This document shows positions 42,454 through 52,915 of a stretch of 64,000 nucleotides of DNA, one piece after another. Source of the DNA: an uncultured Verrucomicrobiae bacterium (GTDB lineage: Bacteria > Verrucomicrobiota > Verrucomicrobiia > Chthoniobacterales > Chthoniobacteraceae). A program made the position numbers and the translations under genes. The stretch spans positions 1 to 64,000 of the forward strand of contig CAWHEP010000007.1 in the NCBI GenBank assembly GCA_963828525.1. The letters are read 5' to 3'. Within the stretch, counting starts at the first letter, position 1. The number at the start of each line of letters is the position of its first letter. Below the pieces are notes generated by a model. That model saw nothing but the letters and a program-made list of their open reading frames with translations. It was not told where the DNA came from and did not search any database.

Positions 42454-42507
42454 ATCCCGCGAGCCGACTCCACCGCGGCGCCCGCCCATCCTCAATCCCT
42501 CAGCCCC

Positions 42508-43519
42508 CTAACAAGCAGAGATCGGAAACCGAATACCGTCCAGAAACTCTCCCAGGCTTTTCAGCGCTCCGATCCTGCCAACCACCTCCCGCAGGTTTGC
42601 CAGCGCTGGCGGTATATGCTTCAGAAACTCCGCTCGCTGCTTCACGATCCCAAGGTACCCATACGCTCCCAGCGCCTGCATCAGCCGTTGCATCGCGCAC
42701 AGATCGAAAATGGAATCGAAGTTCTCCAGCAGGCCCACTCCGTCGCGCGCGCAGCACTCCTTATAATAATTCACCAGCTCCCCGCGTTCCTCTGCCGACA
42801 GCGCGACATAAGGGTCATAGACGATGCTCGCCAGATCATACTGCCGCAACCCGGGCCGGAGACCTTGAAAGTCGATCAGGTAAGCCTGTCCTCCTCGTAT
42901 GATGACATTCTGCGACTGGAAATCGCGATGCGCCAGCGCTCGAGGCTGCCTGCCAAGTCGCCTGGCGATCTCGCCTAGCGCGTCCAACTGGCATCTTCCC
43001 TCGATCGCCGCCCGCTCAACTCCAAAATACAGCCCCAGGCAGTTCTCGAAAAAGTAATCCTGTTCCCACCGGTAAAGCGCCGTTGTAAACTCTTTCTGCA
43101 AAACCAGCGGGGAGGAATGCAGCGCTGCCGGGCCGCGCGTATGGAGGAAGCATAACTGCTCCAGCGCGTCGCAATACAAAGGTCGTCGTCGGAGTGCCAA
43201 TTCTCTTCCCGGAACGACCAGAGATCATCTTCTCCCAAATCCTCCATCCAGATCAGCCCTTCCCCCTCATCATGGAAATACACTTCCGGTGCCCGGACGC
43301 CAATGGTTCGCAAAAATCCGCGATCCTGACGTAGTGACGGTTCTCTTCCCGCTGACCGCCATACTTTACGAGGATCAATGATCGCGCGTCACTGACGCGG
43401 ATGCGGTAGTACTTGCGGTCGGAACCCCCTTTCTCAATGGGGTTGATCGCGATCCCCTCTTTTTCGAAGCGGGGGAATTGGATCAGCGTCCGGTCGATGA
43501 GAGTTTGAGCGTGTGCCAT
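42508..43519 (-). CDS. APH-family phosphotransferase, AmgK-like (frameshifts)
   Basis: KGGSDRKYYRI, MEDLG, HRDFQSQN, IDFQG, YDLAS, QRLMQALGAYG across three ORFs. Confidence 0.8.
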
Positions 43520-43522
43520 GGG

Positions 43523-44483
43523 TCAAAAATCCTGTCCGGAATGCGCGCCTCGCGCCTCCCGGCCAGCTGTCACGATACAACTTTCGAGCCTTGTATCGGA
43601 AGCAATTTTCGCTCCAGCCCACAAAATGGAATCGTGCAGGAAAGCATCGTCGCCGATCTCCGCTCCGGCCCCTACAACCGTCGCGCCAGAGAGCGTAACG
43701 TTCCTCCCGATGCGCGCCGTCTCGCTTACCCACACCGGAGGAGCCCCGCCAAACAGCGCGCGGCTCGCCCGCCTCGGCGAAGTCATCTTTGAGGCGCTTA
43801 TGCGCCGCGAGATATTGCTCCCTGCTGCCGAGGTCCCACCATTCTCCTTCATCGATCACCACAGCTCCCAGCCGCTCCCCGCGCCGAATCATCTCCAGGA
43901 ACAAAGGAATCACCGATACCTTCGCCCCAGGCGCGATCCTGGCCAGAAACCGCGGCGACACGACGTAGATTCCGGTAAACAAGTATCCGCCGGCAAGGCC
44001 TGCCGCCCGTCCGCCGATATCCAGAACCCGAGTGGATGCCTCATCCAAGGCCACATGCAACGGCCCGCCGGACGACCGCAGAACGAGGGTCACCTCGTTT
44101 TCCGGCGAAGCGCGCGCCGCCAGCCCCTCAAGCGGAAGGCTCGAAAGAACATCCCCGTTATAAACAATAAACGGCGTCTCCCCGAGAGCGGCCTCTGCCT
44201 GCTTTAACCCCCCGCCGGTCTCAAGCAGGATCTCCTCGTGGCTGAAGAATAGGGGCCTGCCCCGGTATGCTCCGTCCGGGAACTCCCGCGCGTAAGCTTC
44301 CGCCACGTGATGCGTGTTCACCACGAAATTCTGCGCCCCCGCGTCGATCAACCGATCGAAAGCGAACGTGATCAGCGGCTTTTGGCACACCGGAATCAAC
44401 GGCTTGGGCAGCCGCTCCGTCAATGGCATCAGCCGCGTCCCAAGCCCCGCGCCTAGAACAAAGGCGGTATGGAGTTTAGGCAT
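43523..44483 (-). CDS. Nucleotidyltransferase, MurU/NDP-sugar synthase-like (frameshift near 43790)
   Basis: LGAGLGTRLMPLTERLPKPL, LETGGG, NGDV, WWDLGS; hexapeptide-repeat tail in ORF 43523..43852. Confidence 0.85.
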
Positions 44484-44516
44484 GGCTGCTGCATGCCGGA
44501 CCGCCGGGCCTCTCGA

Positions 44517-45473
44517 CTACGCGAGGCACTTGCGGAGCTCTTTCTCGATCTCGTCCCGCTTCAGCCCCTTCCCGATAAAGACGATCTGGCTCGTTCGCGT
44601 TTCCTCCTTGTTCCACAGTCGATCCCAGAAGATCGTGAAGCGGTTGTTCACGCCATGGAAGATCGCCCGCCGCGGGTTCCCAGCTATGGACACGATCCCC
44701 TTCGAGCGATACACCTTTTCCCGCTCCGATAACTCCTGCACGAATGTCTCGAACCGGTCCACGTGGAACGGCAGTTCGAAACGGAATGAGAACGAGGTAA
44801 TTTCGCCGTGATGCCGCGTCTGCAGCTCGTCCAAAAACTTCGGATCGATCGCCAGCTTCTGATCGACATCAAACGCGTTCATATCGAGCATCTCCTTCAG
44901 GTTCACCTCTGAGTGATTTGTCGGAAAGATTTGCGCCTGCGGATTTATCAGGCGGATGGAGTCTTCCACCTCCTTCAGTCGAGCGCCTTCCACCAGATCC
45001 GTCTTGTTCAGGAGAACAAAATCAGCCATCGCGATCTGCTCCCGCGCCGCCTCCGTCTCCCGCATCTGCGTCTCGATCTGCTCGGCGTCCACTACCGTGA
45101 CGATGGAATCCAGGCGCACATGCTTCTGTAGCGCCGGGATGTTTAGGAACGTCTGCGCTACCGGCCCCGGATCGGCAATGCCGGTGGTTTCCACCAGCAG
45201 ATAATCGAAGCCGCCCCGTTTCAGGAGCTGCTGGATGCCTCGCACAAGATCCTTCCGGATGGTGCAGCACACGCACCCGTTGTTCATCTGCACGATCTCT
45301 TCGCTCTGGTTCTCCACCAGTTGCGAGTCAATCCCGATCTCCCCCACCTCATTTACGATGATCCCGAACTTGTAGCCGTGCTGCTGCTTCAGGATGTAGT
45401 TCAGCAGCGTGGTTTTGCCCGCGCCAAGGAAGCCGGTCAGGATCGTCGCGGGTATGGGTGCAGGCTCAGACAT
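44517..45473 (-). CDS. COG0523/CobW-family GTPase (metallochaperone)
   Basis: GFLGAGKTT, GCVCC, ETTG, NKTD, RSKG. Confidence 0.93.
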   Translation of the reverse strand: MSEPAPIPATILTGFLGAGKTTLLNYILKQQHGYKFGIIVNEVGEIGIDSQLVENQSEEIVQMNNGCVCCTIRKDLVRGIQQLLKRGGFDYLLVETTGIADPGPVAQTFLNIPALQKHVRLDSIVTVVDAEQIETQMRETEAAREQIAMADFVLLNKTDLVEGARLKEVEDSIRLINPQAQIFPTNHSEVNLKEMLDMNAFDVDQKLAIDPKFLDELQTRHHGEITSFSFRFELPFHVDRFETFVQELSEREKVYRSKGIVSIAGNPRRAIFHGVNNRFTIFWDRLWNKEETRTSQIVFIGKGLKRDEIEKELRKCLA

Positions 45474-45522
45474 AGTATTCCCTCTTTGACTCCCGCTTCG
45501 TAAGCGGATGCGCCGCCCTACT

Positions 45523-45726
45523 CTACGCCTTTATCTTTAAAACCGGCAACCCGGTCTTTGCGCTCTGGGAAACTTCATACCCGCTCGGCATCGCCTCGAT
45601 AGCCTCGTCACCCAGCTCATCCGCGAAGAAATACAGGTTCACCTGATGACCGCTCTTAAAGTGCTCCTGCCGTTGATGCAGGTAATACACCTTGTCCGAC
45701 TCCGCGCACTTCACGCTATAAGCCAT
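45523..45726 (-). CDS. Small hypothetical protein
   Basis: 67-aa ORF co-oriented between rpmB and cobW; YYLH, LYFFA, TGLPVLK. Confidence 0.65.
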   Translation of the reverse strand: MAYSVKCAESDKVYYLHQRQEHFKSGHQVNLYFFADELGDEAIEAMPSGYEVSQSAKTGLPVLKIKA

Positions 45727-45744
45727 CAGACAACCCTTTGGGAG

Positions 45745-46008
45745 CTAAATGATCCCGGCGCTCTTTAACGTCGCGAACGCCCCGTTCTTCGATACCGTCT
45801 TCAGCGCGCGAGCCGTCAGCTTCACGCGAACGAATTTTGAAAGTTCCGGCACCCAAAGCCGCTTATTCCTGAGGTTTGGCGTGAACGTCCGCGGCGTGTT
45901 TGCCGTCACATGCCGCCCCACGCCTCCCTTTTTCTTTGCCATACCCCGCCGATGGATGATCGTCCCCTTTGAGACACGCGCTTTTGTGATGCTGCAGACC
46001 TTGGACAT
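45745..46008 (-). CDS. rpmB: 50S ribosomal protein L28
   Basis: MSKVCSIT..RRGMAKKKGGVGRH...RTFTPNL...LTARALKT. Confidence 0.93.
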   Translation of the reverse strand: MSKVCSITKARVSKGTIIHRRGMAKKKGGVGRHVTANTPRTFTPNLRNKRLWVPELSKFVRVKLTARALKTVSKNGAFATLKSAGII

Positions 46009-46079
46009 ATAAGAGTTCCTCCGTGAGGGCCGCTACATTCCCTCCAGAGCAGCAAAGGGTCAAGTGATATTCTACCCAT

Positions 46080-46129
46080 GTAACAACCCGAACCCCGCTA
46101 TCATTGCCCCAAGGTAGGAAAACCCAAGG
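46080..46129 (+). repeat. Truncated copy of the composite repeat 5' part
   Basis: AACCCCGCTATCATTGCCCCAAGGTAGGAAAACCCAAGGT matches 19454-19492. Confidence 0.75.
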
Positions 46130-46147
46130 TGGTCTCGAATTGAGAGA

Positions 46148-46771
46148 TCACCATTCGTCGGGCGCCAGCCTGGCGTAGAGACCGGTCCAAAGCGAAATTT
46201 GTAGTTGCAGCGACTTGCACCAGGCCAGGTGCATCTTCTCGATGTCCTCCGCAGAATGTCCCTTCGCTGTCATGAAGGGCCTGATCGTCTCATTCATCAC
46301 GGGAATGAAGGCGATAATGTCGCGCAACGGCACGTGCGGTGTTGATTGCGCTCCATCCACCTGGTTCTTCTTCAGGCTCGTGTGACGAAGGGCGATCTCC
46401 TGCTGATAGTCGAGCCAGGTTTGGTCGTATGGCCTCAGGCAGGTGTCCAAAATCCACTGCTGAAATCGCTGATTGCTGGCCCCCAGATAATTGGGAAGCG
46501 GATTTCCTTCCGGGGAACGGGAGTGCCGGGCCAGATGGGGGATGCCCGCGATAATGCCACTGCGCCAGTGCTCGACGATCTGTTTTGCCTGGTCGCCAAG
46601 CACCTCACCTGCAAGCCGCAGATAACGTTCGTCCTCTTCAGTAAAGCCGACGCTGATTTTAATCTGTTCCAGTTCCTGAACTGAAATTGACGACTTCGGA
46701 ACGGCGTCGCCGCCGTAGGCGTAGCCTGGAATGGATTCGGAGATTTTTTTAATGATCGTTTCCTCCCTCAT
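46148..46771 (-). CDS. Protoglobin domain protein
   Basis: IPGYAYG, RFQQWILDTC, WLDYQQEIALRH, KKNQVD, HVPLRDIIAF, MHLAWCKS. Confidence 0.9.
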   Translation of the reverse strand: MREETIIKKISESIPGYAYGGDAVPKSSISVQELEQIKISVGFTEEDERYLRLAGEVLGDQAKQIVEHWRSGIIAGIPHLARHSRSPEGNPLPNYLGASNQRFQQWILDTCLRPYDQTWLDYQQEIALRHTSLKKNQVDGAQSTPHVPLRDIIAFIPVMNETIRPFMTAKGHSAEDIEKMHLAWCKSLQLQISLWTGLYARLAPDEW

Positions 46772-47173
46772 TGGGTGTATTCATGAAGGTGGTCGCCATG
46801 GGCGGTTAAATGGCTGGAATGTCTGGTTTTATTCTCTCGTCCCCCGATATGGGGTGACAAGTCTTTTCCCAGGCCTCGCGGGAAGAAGAGCGCCGTCGCG
46901 ATGACCTCAATCCGGGGCCTTACGGCAGTGGATTGAATGAACGTCGACCGCCGTTGTAGCGCTCGCTCTCCGTGTCCGCCTCCCGAATGGAGACCACAGT
47001 TTGTTCCTTGAGGGCATCGTAGTGCGGTTGAGCTGCTGACGCTCGATTATCACCTCTAGGCCAAGGAAAATCGGAGCTTAATAGAGACTGTCACCTCTCC
47101 CATTGTTTTTGCTCCCCAAGCGCCGCGCTTCCTCAATGAGCAGCGCCTCCACTTCGTCCGCTCTGGGCAACGG

Positions 47174-47404
47174 CTAAAATCCCGCTTCTTCGCTCTTCTG
47201 CTTGCGAACCGTGCCGGTTACCTCGTGCGCCCGATCCAGCGAACGCTTCAGGTAATCGTAGGAAGCGGGCGTAATCTGCGCCACAGCCGCGACCGGCGGA
47301 GCCGTTGCCGCAGCAGTCGATTCCGTGCGGGATGGCGCTGTCCTTGAAAGGAAGAAGAATCCCGCTCCTCCAGCGATGACCAGGAATAAATATCTCACAT
47401 CCAC
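47174..47404 (-). CDS. Small hypothetical membrane protein
   Basis: N-terminal TM, Ala/Pro linker, DYLKRSLDRAHEV helix. Confidence 0.5.
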   Translation of the reverse strand: MDVRYLFLVIAGGAGFFFLSRTAPSRTESTAAATAPPVAAVAQITPASYDYLKRSLDRAHEVTGTVRKQKSEEAGF

Positions 47405-47509
47405 AGCTAAAGCAGGGATTGGGCCAGTGCGGCGCCCCGCCTCCTTTACTCGCCTCCCATATTTCCCGCTTCATAATTTTCCTTTTTCACGGATAGTTCC
47501 CGGACAGCA

Positions 47510-49633
47510 GTGGCAAAAAAAAGTAAGCCGAAGAGGCTCCTATGGTTTCTGGCCTTTCTCGCGGTGCTCCTCTTTCTGGGAGCATGCGTCGTTTACGCCG
47601 TTTGGGCGCAGACCTTCAACATGAAGGATGTGGACAATATGCCGGAACTTTCCGCCGCTTACGACGTGGATGGGCGCTTTTACACGCGTCTCCGCGGCGA
47701 AGACCGCATCATCGTTCCGCTGAGCCAGGTCTCAAAGCACTTCGTACAGGCGCTTCTCGCGCGCGAGGATACCCGCTTCTACAAACATCATGGTGTGGAC
47801 CCGTGGGGCATCGCTCGCGCCATAGGTCGCAATCTCACGCGCATGTCCGTCCGGGAAGGTGCCAGCACCATCACTCAGCAACTCGCCCGGAATAGTTTCC
47901 GCCTCGGCGGCCATAATCTGCATAGAAAAGTCCTCGAGGCTTTCGTCGCCGCGCGCATCGAGCGGAATTACTCGAAGGATGACATCCTCGGTTGCTACGT
48001 GAATCGCATCTATTTTGGCTCCGGATTCTACGGAGTGGAGACCGCGAGCCGCGCTTATTTCAACAAACACGCCGCTCAACTCAATCTTCCCGAGTCCGCG
48101 ATGCTGGTGGGCTTGATCCGCAGTCCGAACCGGTTCTCCCCTTTCAATAATTACAAAGCCGCCGTCGCCCAGAAGGACGCCGTCCTCACCCGCATGGCCG
48201 GCCTTGAGATGATCTCCAAGGCGGAAGCTGACAGGGCGATTAACAGCCGTGTTGCCATCTCCCGCAAGCCGCCGCTGACCCCTCAGCAGAACTACGCGCT
48301 GGATGCCGTGCGCGATGAGTTGAACATCATCCTGAGCAACGACCAGATCAAAGAAGGCGGCCTCAAGGTTTATACCAGTCTTGATCCGGTGTTGCAGAAG
48401 GCCGCCGGAGACGCTGTTGAAACACAGTTGCGCAAGATCGAGTCGCGCCCGGGTTTCCCGCATCCTCGCAAGCCGCAGACTGCTCCCGAGGATGGCTACG
48501 GAATGTCCACCCCTTACCTCCAGGGAGCCGTCGTCGTCATCGATAACCACACCGGCGGGATCAGCGCCCTTGTCGGCGGGCGCGACTACGGAGATAGCAA
48601 ACTCGACCGCGCCTTTTCCCCGCGCCAGCTCGGCTCCACCTTTAAGCCCTTCGTCTACGCCGCGGCGTTCCAGCGCGGCTTGTTGCCGGGTGCCGCCATT
48701 GATGACGCTCCGTTGCGCCCTGGAGAAATCCATGGAGCCGGCGCGTGGAATCCCTCTAACTCGGACGGGCAGAATCGCGGTACCCTTCGCGCCGACGAAG
48801 GGCTGATCCAGTCCCGCAACACCATGAGCGCCCGCGTCGGCAACTTCGCCGGTATGGACGCAGTGCGGAAACTCGCCGATGTCTCAGGCATCCCGGATGT
48901 CCCCAAGGTTCCCGCCATTTATTTGGGCGCGTTCGAAGGCAAGTTGCGCGATGTCACGGCGGCTTACTCCGTCTTCCCTAATGATGGAACCCGCAACCAG
49001 CCCTATCTCATCGAGCGGATTGACGATGCGGATGGGCAGGTCATCTACCAGGCGGCTCATATCACCACCACGCCACTCGACCCTGGAGTGAGCTGGCTCA
49101 TTTCTTCGACTCTCCAGAAAGTCCTGCTGCGAGGCACCGCCGCGGCTTCGCGCTCCCTTGGTTTTAACAAGATCGCCGCGGGCAAGACAGGCACTACGAA
49201 CGACTACAAGGACGCATGGTTCATGGGCTACACCAAATCGCTGACATGTGGCGTGTGGGTCGGGTTTGACCAGCCAGCCACCATTATGCAAAAGGGCTAC
49301 GGAGCCGCGCTTGCCCTTCCCATCTGGGTGCAGGTGATGAACGCCGCTCCGTCGCAACGCTACCCCGCTTCACCGCTCGATTGCGCCGTGCCGTTGCGGC
49401 GCGTCAACGTTTGCGCGGAATCCAATGGGCTTGCAACCACCGGCTGCCAGGCCGCGCGGGCGGATTACCAGATCGACCTGCCGGAAACTCTCATCCCGAA
49501 GGATTTCTGCCGCGTTCATGGCGGCGCGCAAACCCGCTTCTGGAGCCCGAGCGACCGGAACCCAGCCGAACGTTCCTCAAAAAATCCTGCGTTCATTCTG
49601 GAATTTCTTCGGTCACTAGATCCGGACGGCTGA
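47510..49633 (+). CDS. Penicillin-binding protein 1A family (transglycosylase/transpeptidase)
   Basis: EDTRFYKHHG, GASTITQQLAR, RKVLE, STFK, SRN, KTG; the true end may be 49619 after a late frameshift. Confidence 0.95.
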   Translation: MAKKSKPKRLLWFLAFLAVLLFLGACVVYAVWAQTFNMKDVDNMPELSAAYDVDGRFYTRLRGEDRIIVPLSQVSKHFVQALLAREDTRFYKHHGVDPWGIARAIGRNLTRMSVREGASTITQQLARNSFRLGGHNLHRKVLEAFVAARIERNYSKDDILGCYVNRIYFGSGFYGVETASRAYFNKHAAQLNLPESAMLVGLIRSPNRFSPFNNYKAAVAQKDAVLTRMAGLEMISKAEADRAINSRVAISRKPPLTPQQNYALDAVRDELNIILSNDQIKEGGLKVYTSLDPVLQKAAGDAVETQLRKIESRPGFPHPRKPQTAPEDGYGMSTPYLQGAVVVIDNHTGGISALVGGRDYGDSKLDRAFSPRQLGSTFKPFVYAAAFQRGLLPGAAIDDAPLRPGEIHGAGAWNPSNSDGQNRGTLRADEGLIQSRNTMSARVGNFAGMDAVRKLADVSGIPDVPKVPAIYLGAFEGKLRDVTAAYSVFPNDGTRNQPYLIERIDDADGQVIYQAAHITTTPLDPGVSWLISSTLQKVLLRGTAAASRSLGFNKIAAGKTGTTNDYKDAWFMGYTKSLTCGVWVGFDQPATIMQKGYGAALALPIWVQVMNAAPSQRYPASPLDCAVPLRRVNVCAESNGLATTGCQAARADYQIDLPETLIPKDFCRVHGGAQTRFWSPSDRNPAERSSKNPAFILEFLRSLDPDG

Positions 49634-49648
49634 GCATCTGAACAAAAC

Positions 49649-50701
49649 ATGTTGAAAGCCCTGCTCCTCTGCCTTGTTTGTTCTTGCTTGGTTGAAACCG
49701 CCGCTTGGGCCGATCCCACGCCGCCAACTGTGGGCGCGCTTGATCTAAAGTCGATCCCATCGCCTGTGATATTCCGCGGCGACGCGACCACGGCCTACCG
49801 CGATCCGGCGGCCGTTTATTACGGTGGCTGGTTTTATCTCTATTTCGAGGTCATCAAAGTCGAAGACAACAAAGAGGTCTATATCTACACCGCCTGGAGT
49901 AAAAGCCGCGATCTCGCGCGGTGGACATCTCCGAAGATCTTTACGCCTCGGGATCAAAAGCTTAACTACGGCAGCCCCGGAGACGTCGTTCGCGACGGAG
50001 ACGAGTGGGTAATGTGCCTTCAAACTTATCCACGCCCCAACCATGACCGCTTTGGCAATGCTGACTCCCGCGTCTGGACGATGCGCAGCAAGGATCTGGA
50101 GAACTGGGGACCTCCGGAACTGCTGCAAGTTAAGGGACCTGACGTATCTCAGGAGAAGATGGGCCGGATGATCGACCCGTTTTTGATCCGAGACAAGGAC
50201 GACCCCGGCAAATGGTGGTGCTTCTATAAGCAGAAAGGCATCAGTCTCTCGTGGTCGCGCGATCTCAAAACATGGACTCTCGACAGCCATATTTCTGCGG
50301 GAGAAAATCCGTGCGTGATTGTGGATGGCGCCGACTATGTGCTTTTCCACTCGCCGGCCACCGGTATCGGGGTGAAGCGAAGCAACGACCTCAAGACGTG
50401 GCGAAACGAAGGCGTGCTGATGTTGGGGATCAAAGAGTGGCCGTGGGCGCAGGGGCGTCTCACCGCTGGGTTTGTCCTCGATCTGCGCAAAGATCCTCGC
50501 GTGGGCAAGGCGCTGATGTTCTTCCATGGATCGGCCTACAAGGAGTCAGATCCCCGGGGTGGATTCGACAACTTCGCCAGCCTGGGTCTGGCATGGAGCG
50601 ATGATCTAAGGAATTGGACGTGGCCGGAGCCTCCGACGGAACACCCATCGAACGTTGGGTCGCCTCAACCCGTGGCCCAGAGTTCGCCATCTGCGCGGTG
50701 A
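49649..50701 (+). CDS. Secreted five-bladed beta-propeller glycoside hydrolase-like protein
   Basis: Signal peptide, YRDP, repeated SxDLxxW boxes, MIDP, GENP. Confidence 0.75.
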   Translation: MLKALLLCLVCSCLVETAAWADPTPPTVGALDLKSIPSPVIFRGDATTAYRDPAAVYYGGWFYLYFEVIKVEDNKEVYIYTAWSKSRDLARWTSPKIFTPRDQKLNYGSPGDVVRDGDEWVMCLQTYPRPNHDRFGNADSRVWTMRSKDLENWGPPELLQVKGPDVSQEKMGRMIDPFLIRDKDDPGKWWCFYKQKGISLSWSRDLKTWTLDSHISAGENPCVIVDGADYVLFHSPATGIGVKRSNDLKTWRNEGVLMLGIKEWPWAQGRLTAGFVLDLRKDPRVGKALMFFHGSAYKESDPRGGFDNFASLGLAWSDDLRNWTWPEPPTEHPSNVGSPQPVAQSSPSAR

Positions 50702-50711
50702 GATACACCCA

Positions 50712-51491
50712 TTAGCCGCCAGCCTGCGCTTTCGGAAGATGCAGTGTGCAGTACTCCTCGCCGTCCCGTGAGACGCGGAAATCCAACTCCGGCTTCGTCA
50801 GCTCCGTTTCCTTGCAAACCGCGCAATGATGCAGCGCTTCATCCTCGGGCATGGCCTTCCGCTTGAATTCCATTCGGCGGGCCGTGACAGTCCGCCTCTG
50901 CCGTACGTTGTCGATCAGCCGCGGTCCGAAGAACAGAAGGTAATTTGAAAGTGAAACAACGATCGCCATTTTTACCGAGGCGCCCGATTGGAGGAACGTC
51001 GCGAGCACGAGCCCGAACGAGAGCAGGGCGATCCACTTGATCTTCAAAGGCAGGATGAAGAACACGTACATCACCTCGTCCGGAAACACCGTCCCGAACG
51101 CGAAAAGCAACGAGAGGTTTAAAAAGGGGTTCATGTTGACCCCTCCAAAGAAAAATGCGGCCGCCGTGCATCCCGCCATCCCGCAAAGGTAAAAAACATT
51201 TAGCTTGAACGCCCCCCAGGCCTGCTCCAGCCCCTCTCCCATATTCCAAAGGAACATCAACGCCATAAACAGCCACAGCGGGCTGAATGCCGGAGGGATG
51301 AAGATGTAGGTAAACAGCCTCCACACCTGCCCTTGGGCGATCTTCGCTGGAATTAACGTGAGATATTGCGCGTAACCCGGGTTGCTCAACATCAGCGCGT
51401 ATGTCAACCCGTTGAACATCACCACCACGCGGATTAGGCCCGGTATGGCAAGATTCCCAAACCGCGCTTCAAGAGAGTCAATCCACTTCAT
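50712..51491 (-). CDS. Rhomboid-like membrane protein with C-terminal Cys/His motif
   Basis: GQVWRLFTYIF, several TMs, HHCAVC...YCTLH. Confidence 0.75.
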   Translation of the reverse strand: MKWIDSLEARFGNLAIPGLIRVVVMFNGLTYALMLSNPGYAQYLTLIPAKIAQGQVWRLFTYIFIPPAFSPLWLFMALMFLWNMGEGLEQAWGAFKLNVFYLCGMAGCTAAAFFFGGVNMNPFLNLSLLFAFGTVFPDEVMYVFFILPLKIKWIALLSFGLVLATFLQSGASVKMAIVVSLSNYLLFFGPRLIDNVRQRRTVTARRMEFKRKAMPEDEALHHCAVCKETELTKPELDFRVSRDGEEYCTLHLPKAQAGG

Positions 51492-51516
51492 TCGTCGTGG
51501 CGGGACAACACCTGGC

Positions 51517-52875
51517 CTATTCTAACCGGCGGAAAACTTCGCCTCGATCAATGCCGCGCAGCCTTTCCCGAATGGCCCGGTCCGGCAGCCGTTCCACCAC
51601 TTCATTCAGAAAGCCCGCGACGATTAACCTCTGCGCGGCTGCCGGCGGGATTCCGCGCGATAAGAAGGTAGAAATATTCATCGTCATCGATCTGTCCCGA
51701 CGTCGCTCCGTGGGTGCATCGGACTTCGTCCGCGAGAATCTCAAGTCCGGGCATGGAGTTCGCCTCCGCGTCGTCGCTCAGCAGCAAGATTCCGCACTTT
51801 CTGATACGCGTCCGTCCGATGTGCGTGCGGCTCGACTCGGATCAGGCCCGCAAAATCGTGCGTGCGCTGTCTGCCAGCGAGTTTTTATAAAGCAGATCGC
51901 TCGTCGTATTCGGCTGCCGATGATCTTGCAATGTTCGCTGGTCGAATTCCTGCCCCTCCGAGGCGGCGGAGACAGCCAGCATATCGCTCCTGCCGCCAGG
52001 CCCGACCAGACGGCTTACATTTTCGCCCGCGCGAATAAGCCGAACCAAGATTTACATTTAGCGTCAGCGCGGAAGCGTCCCGATTTACCACCGTCGAATT
52101 GATGTGAAAGGAGACAGACCTTCCGACTCCAGTTTTGCACGCAAATATAGTTGAGCTCGCGCGCCGCGCCCCGCATACAGATCGTTCACTCCGCACGCAA
52201 GACCCGCTCGCGTTCGCATCAGTCGATTCAAAATAATCGATGAGCGTCACTTTGCTCATCTCCTCGGCGACGACAAGCGTGTGCGGGAAGGTCGAAGCCC
52301 GCTCGCCATCAAGCCAGTGGAACACCTCAATGGGGAGATCGATCTCGACCCCGCGCGGCACATACAAAAAGGTGCCGGACTTCACCATCGCCGCATGCAA
52401 CGCCGCGAACTTTCGCGAACCAAGCACCACCTCCTGTGTCATGAAATGCTTGCGAAGAATATCCTCGTGTTGCACCGACGCCTTTTCAATCGATTCCCAA
52501 ATAACCCCCTTCTCCGACAAGCCCCTTCGAATGCGCTTCGCGCGTAAGCAACTCGTCATTGGCGAACACCATCCGCCCCGCATTTTTCGCAAGGCCCACC
52601 GAGCGCTCGATCAACTGTTCTCGCACTTCGCTGGAGACAGGACGCGCCTTGCGATAGCCGTCAGATCCAAGCGCCTTGATCGAAGCAAAGCGCCATTTCT
52701 CATCCGTGCGCGTTGGCGCTGGCAGTTGCTGAAAGCTCTCCCATCCGGTTGCCCGCACTGTATCGAACCACCCGCTGCCGCCGTCCGGCGATGGCCCTCC
52801 CGAAACGATCAATGCCGTGTCGTCCTCGCTTGCGATCCGTTCCTGTTCCTGTGGTGCGGCCAGAGATGTGCTCAT
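51517..52875 (-). CDS. sufD: Fe-S cluster assembly protein SufD (several frameshifts)
   Basis: [45 protein letters not shown]...LIVAGF. Confidence 0.9.
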
Positions 52876-52915
52876 CCTTTTACAACGTAGCGTCCTCGAG
52901 AGTCGGTGCCTCCCT

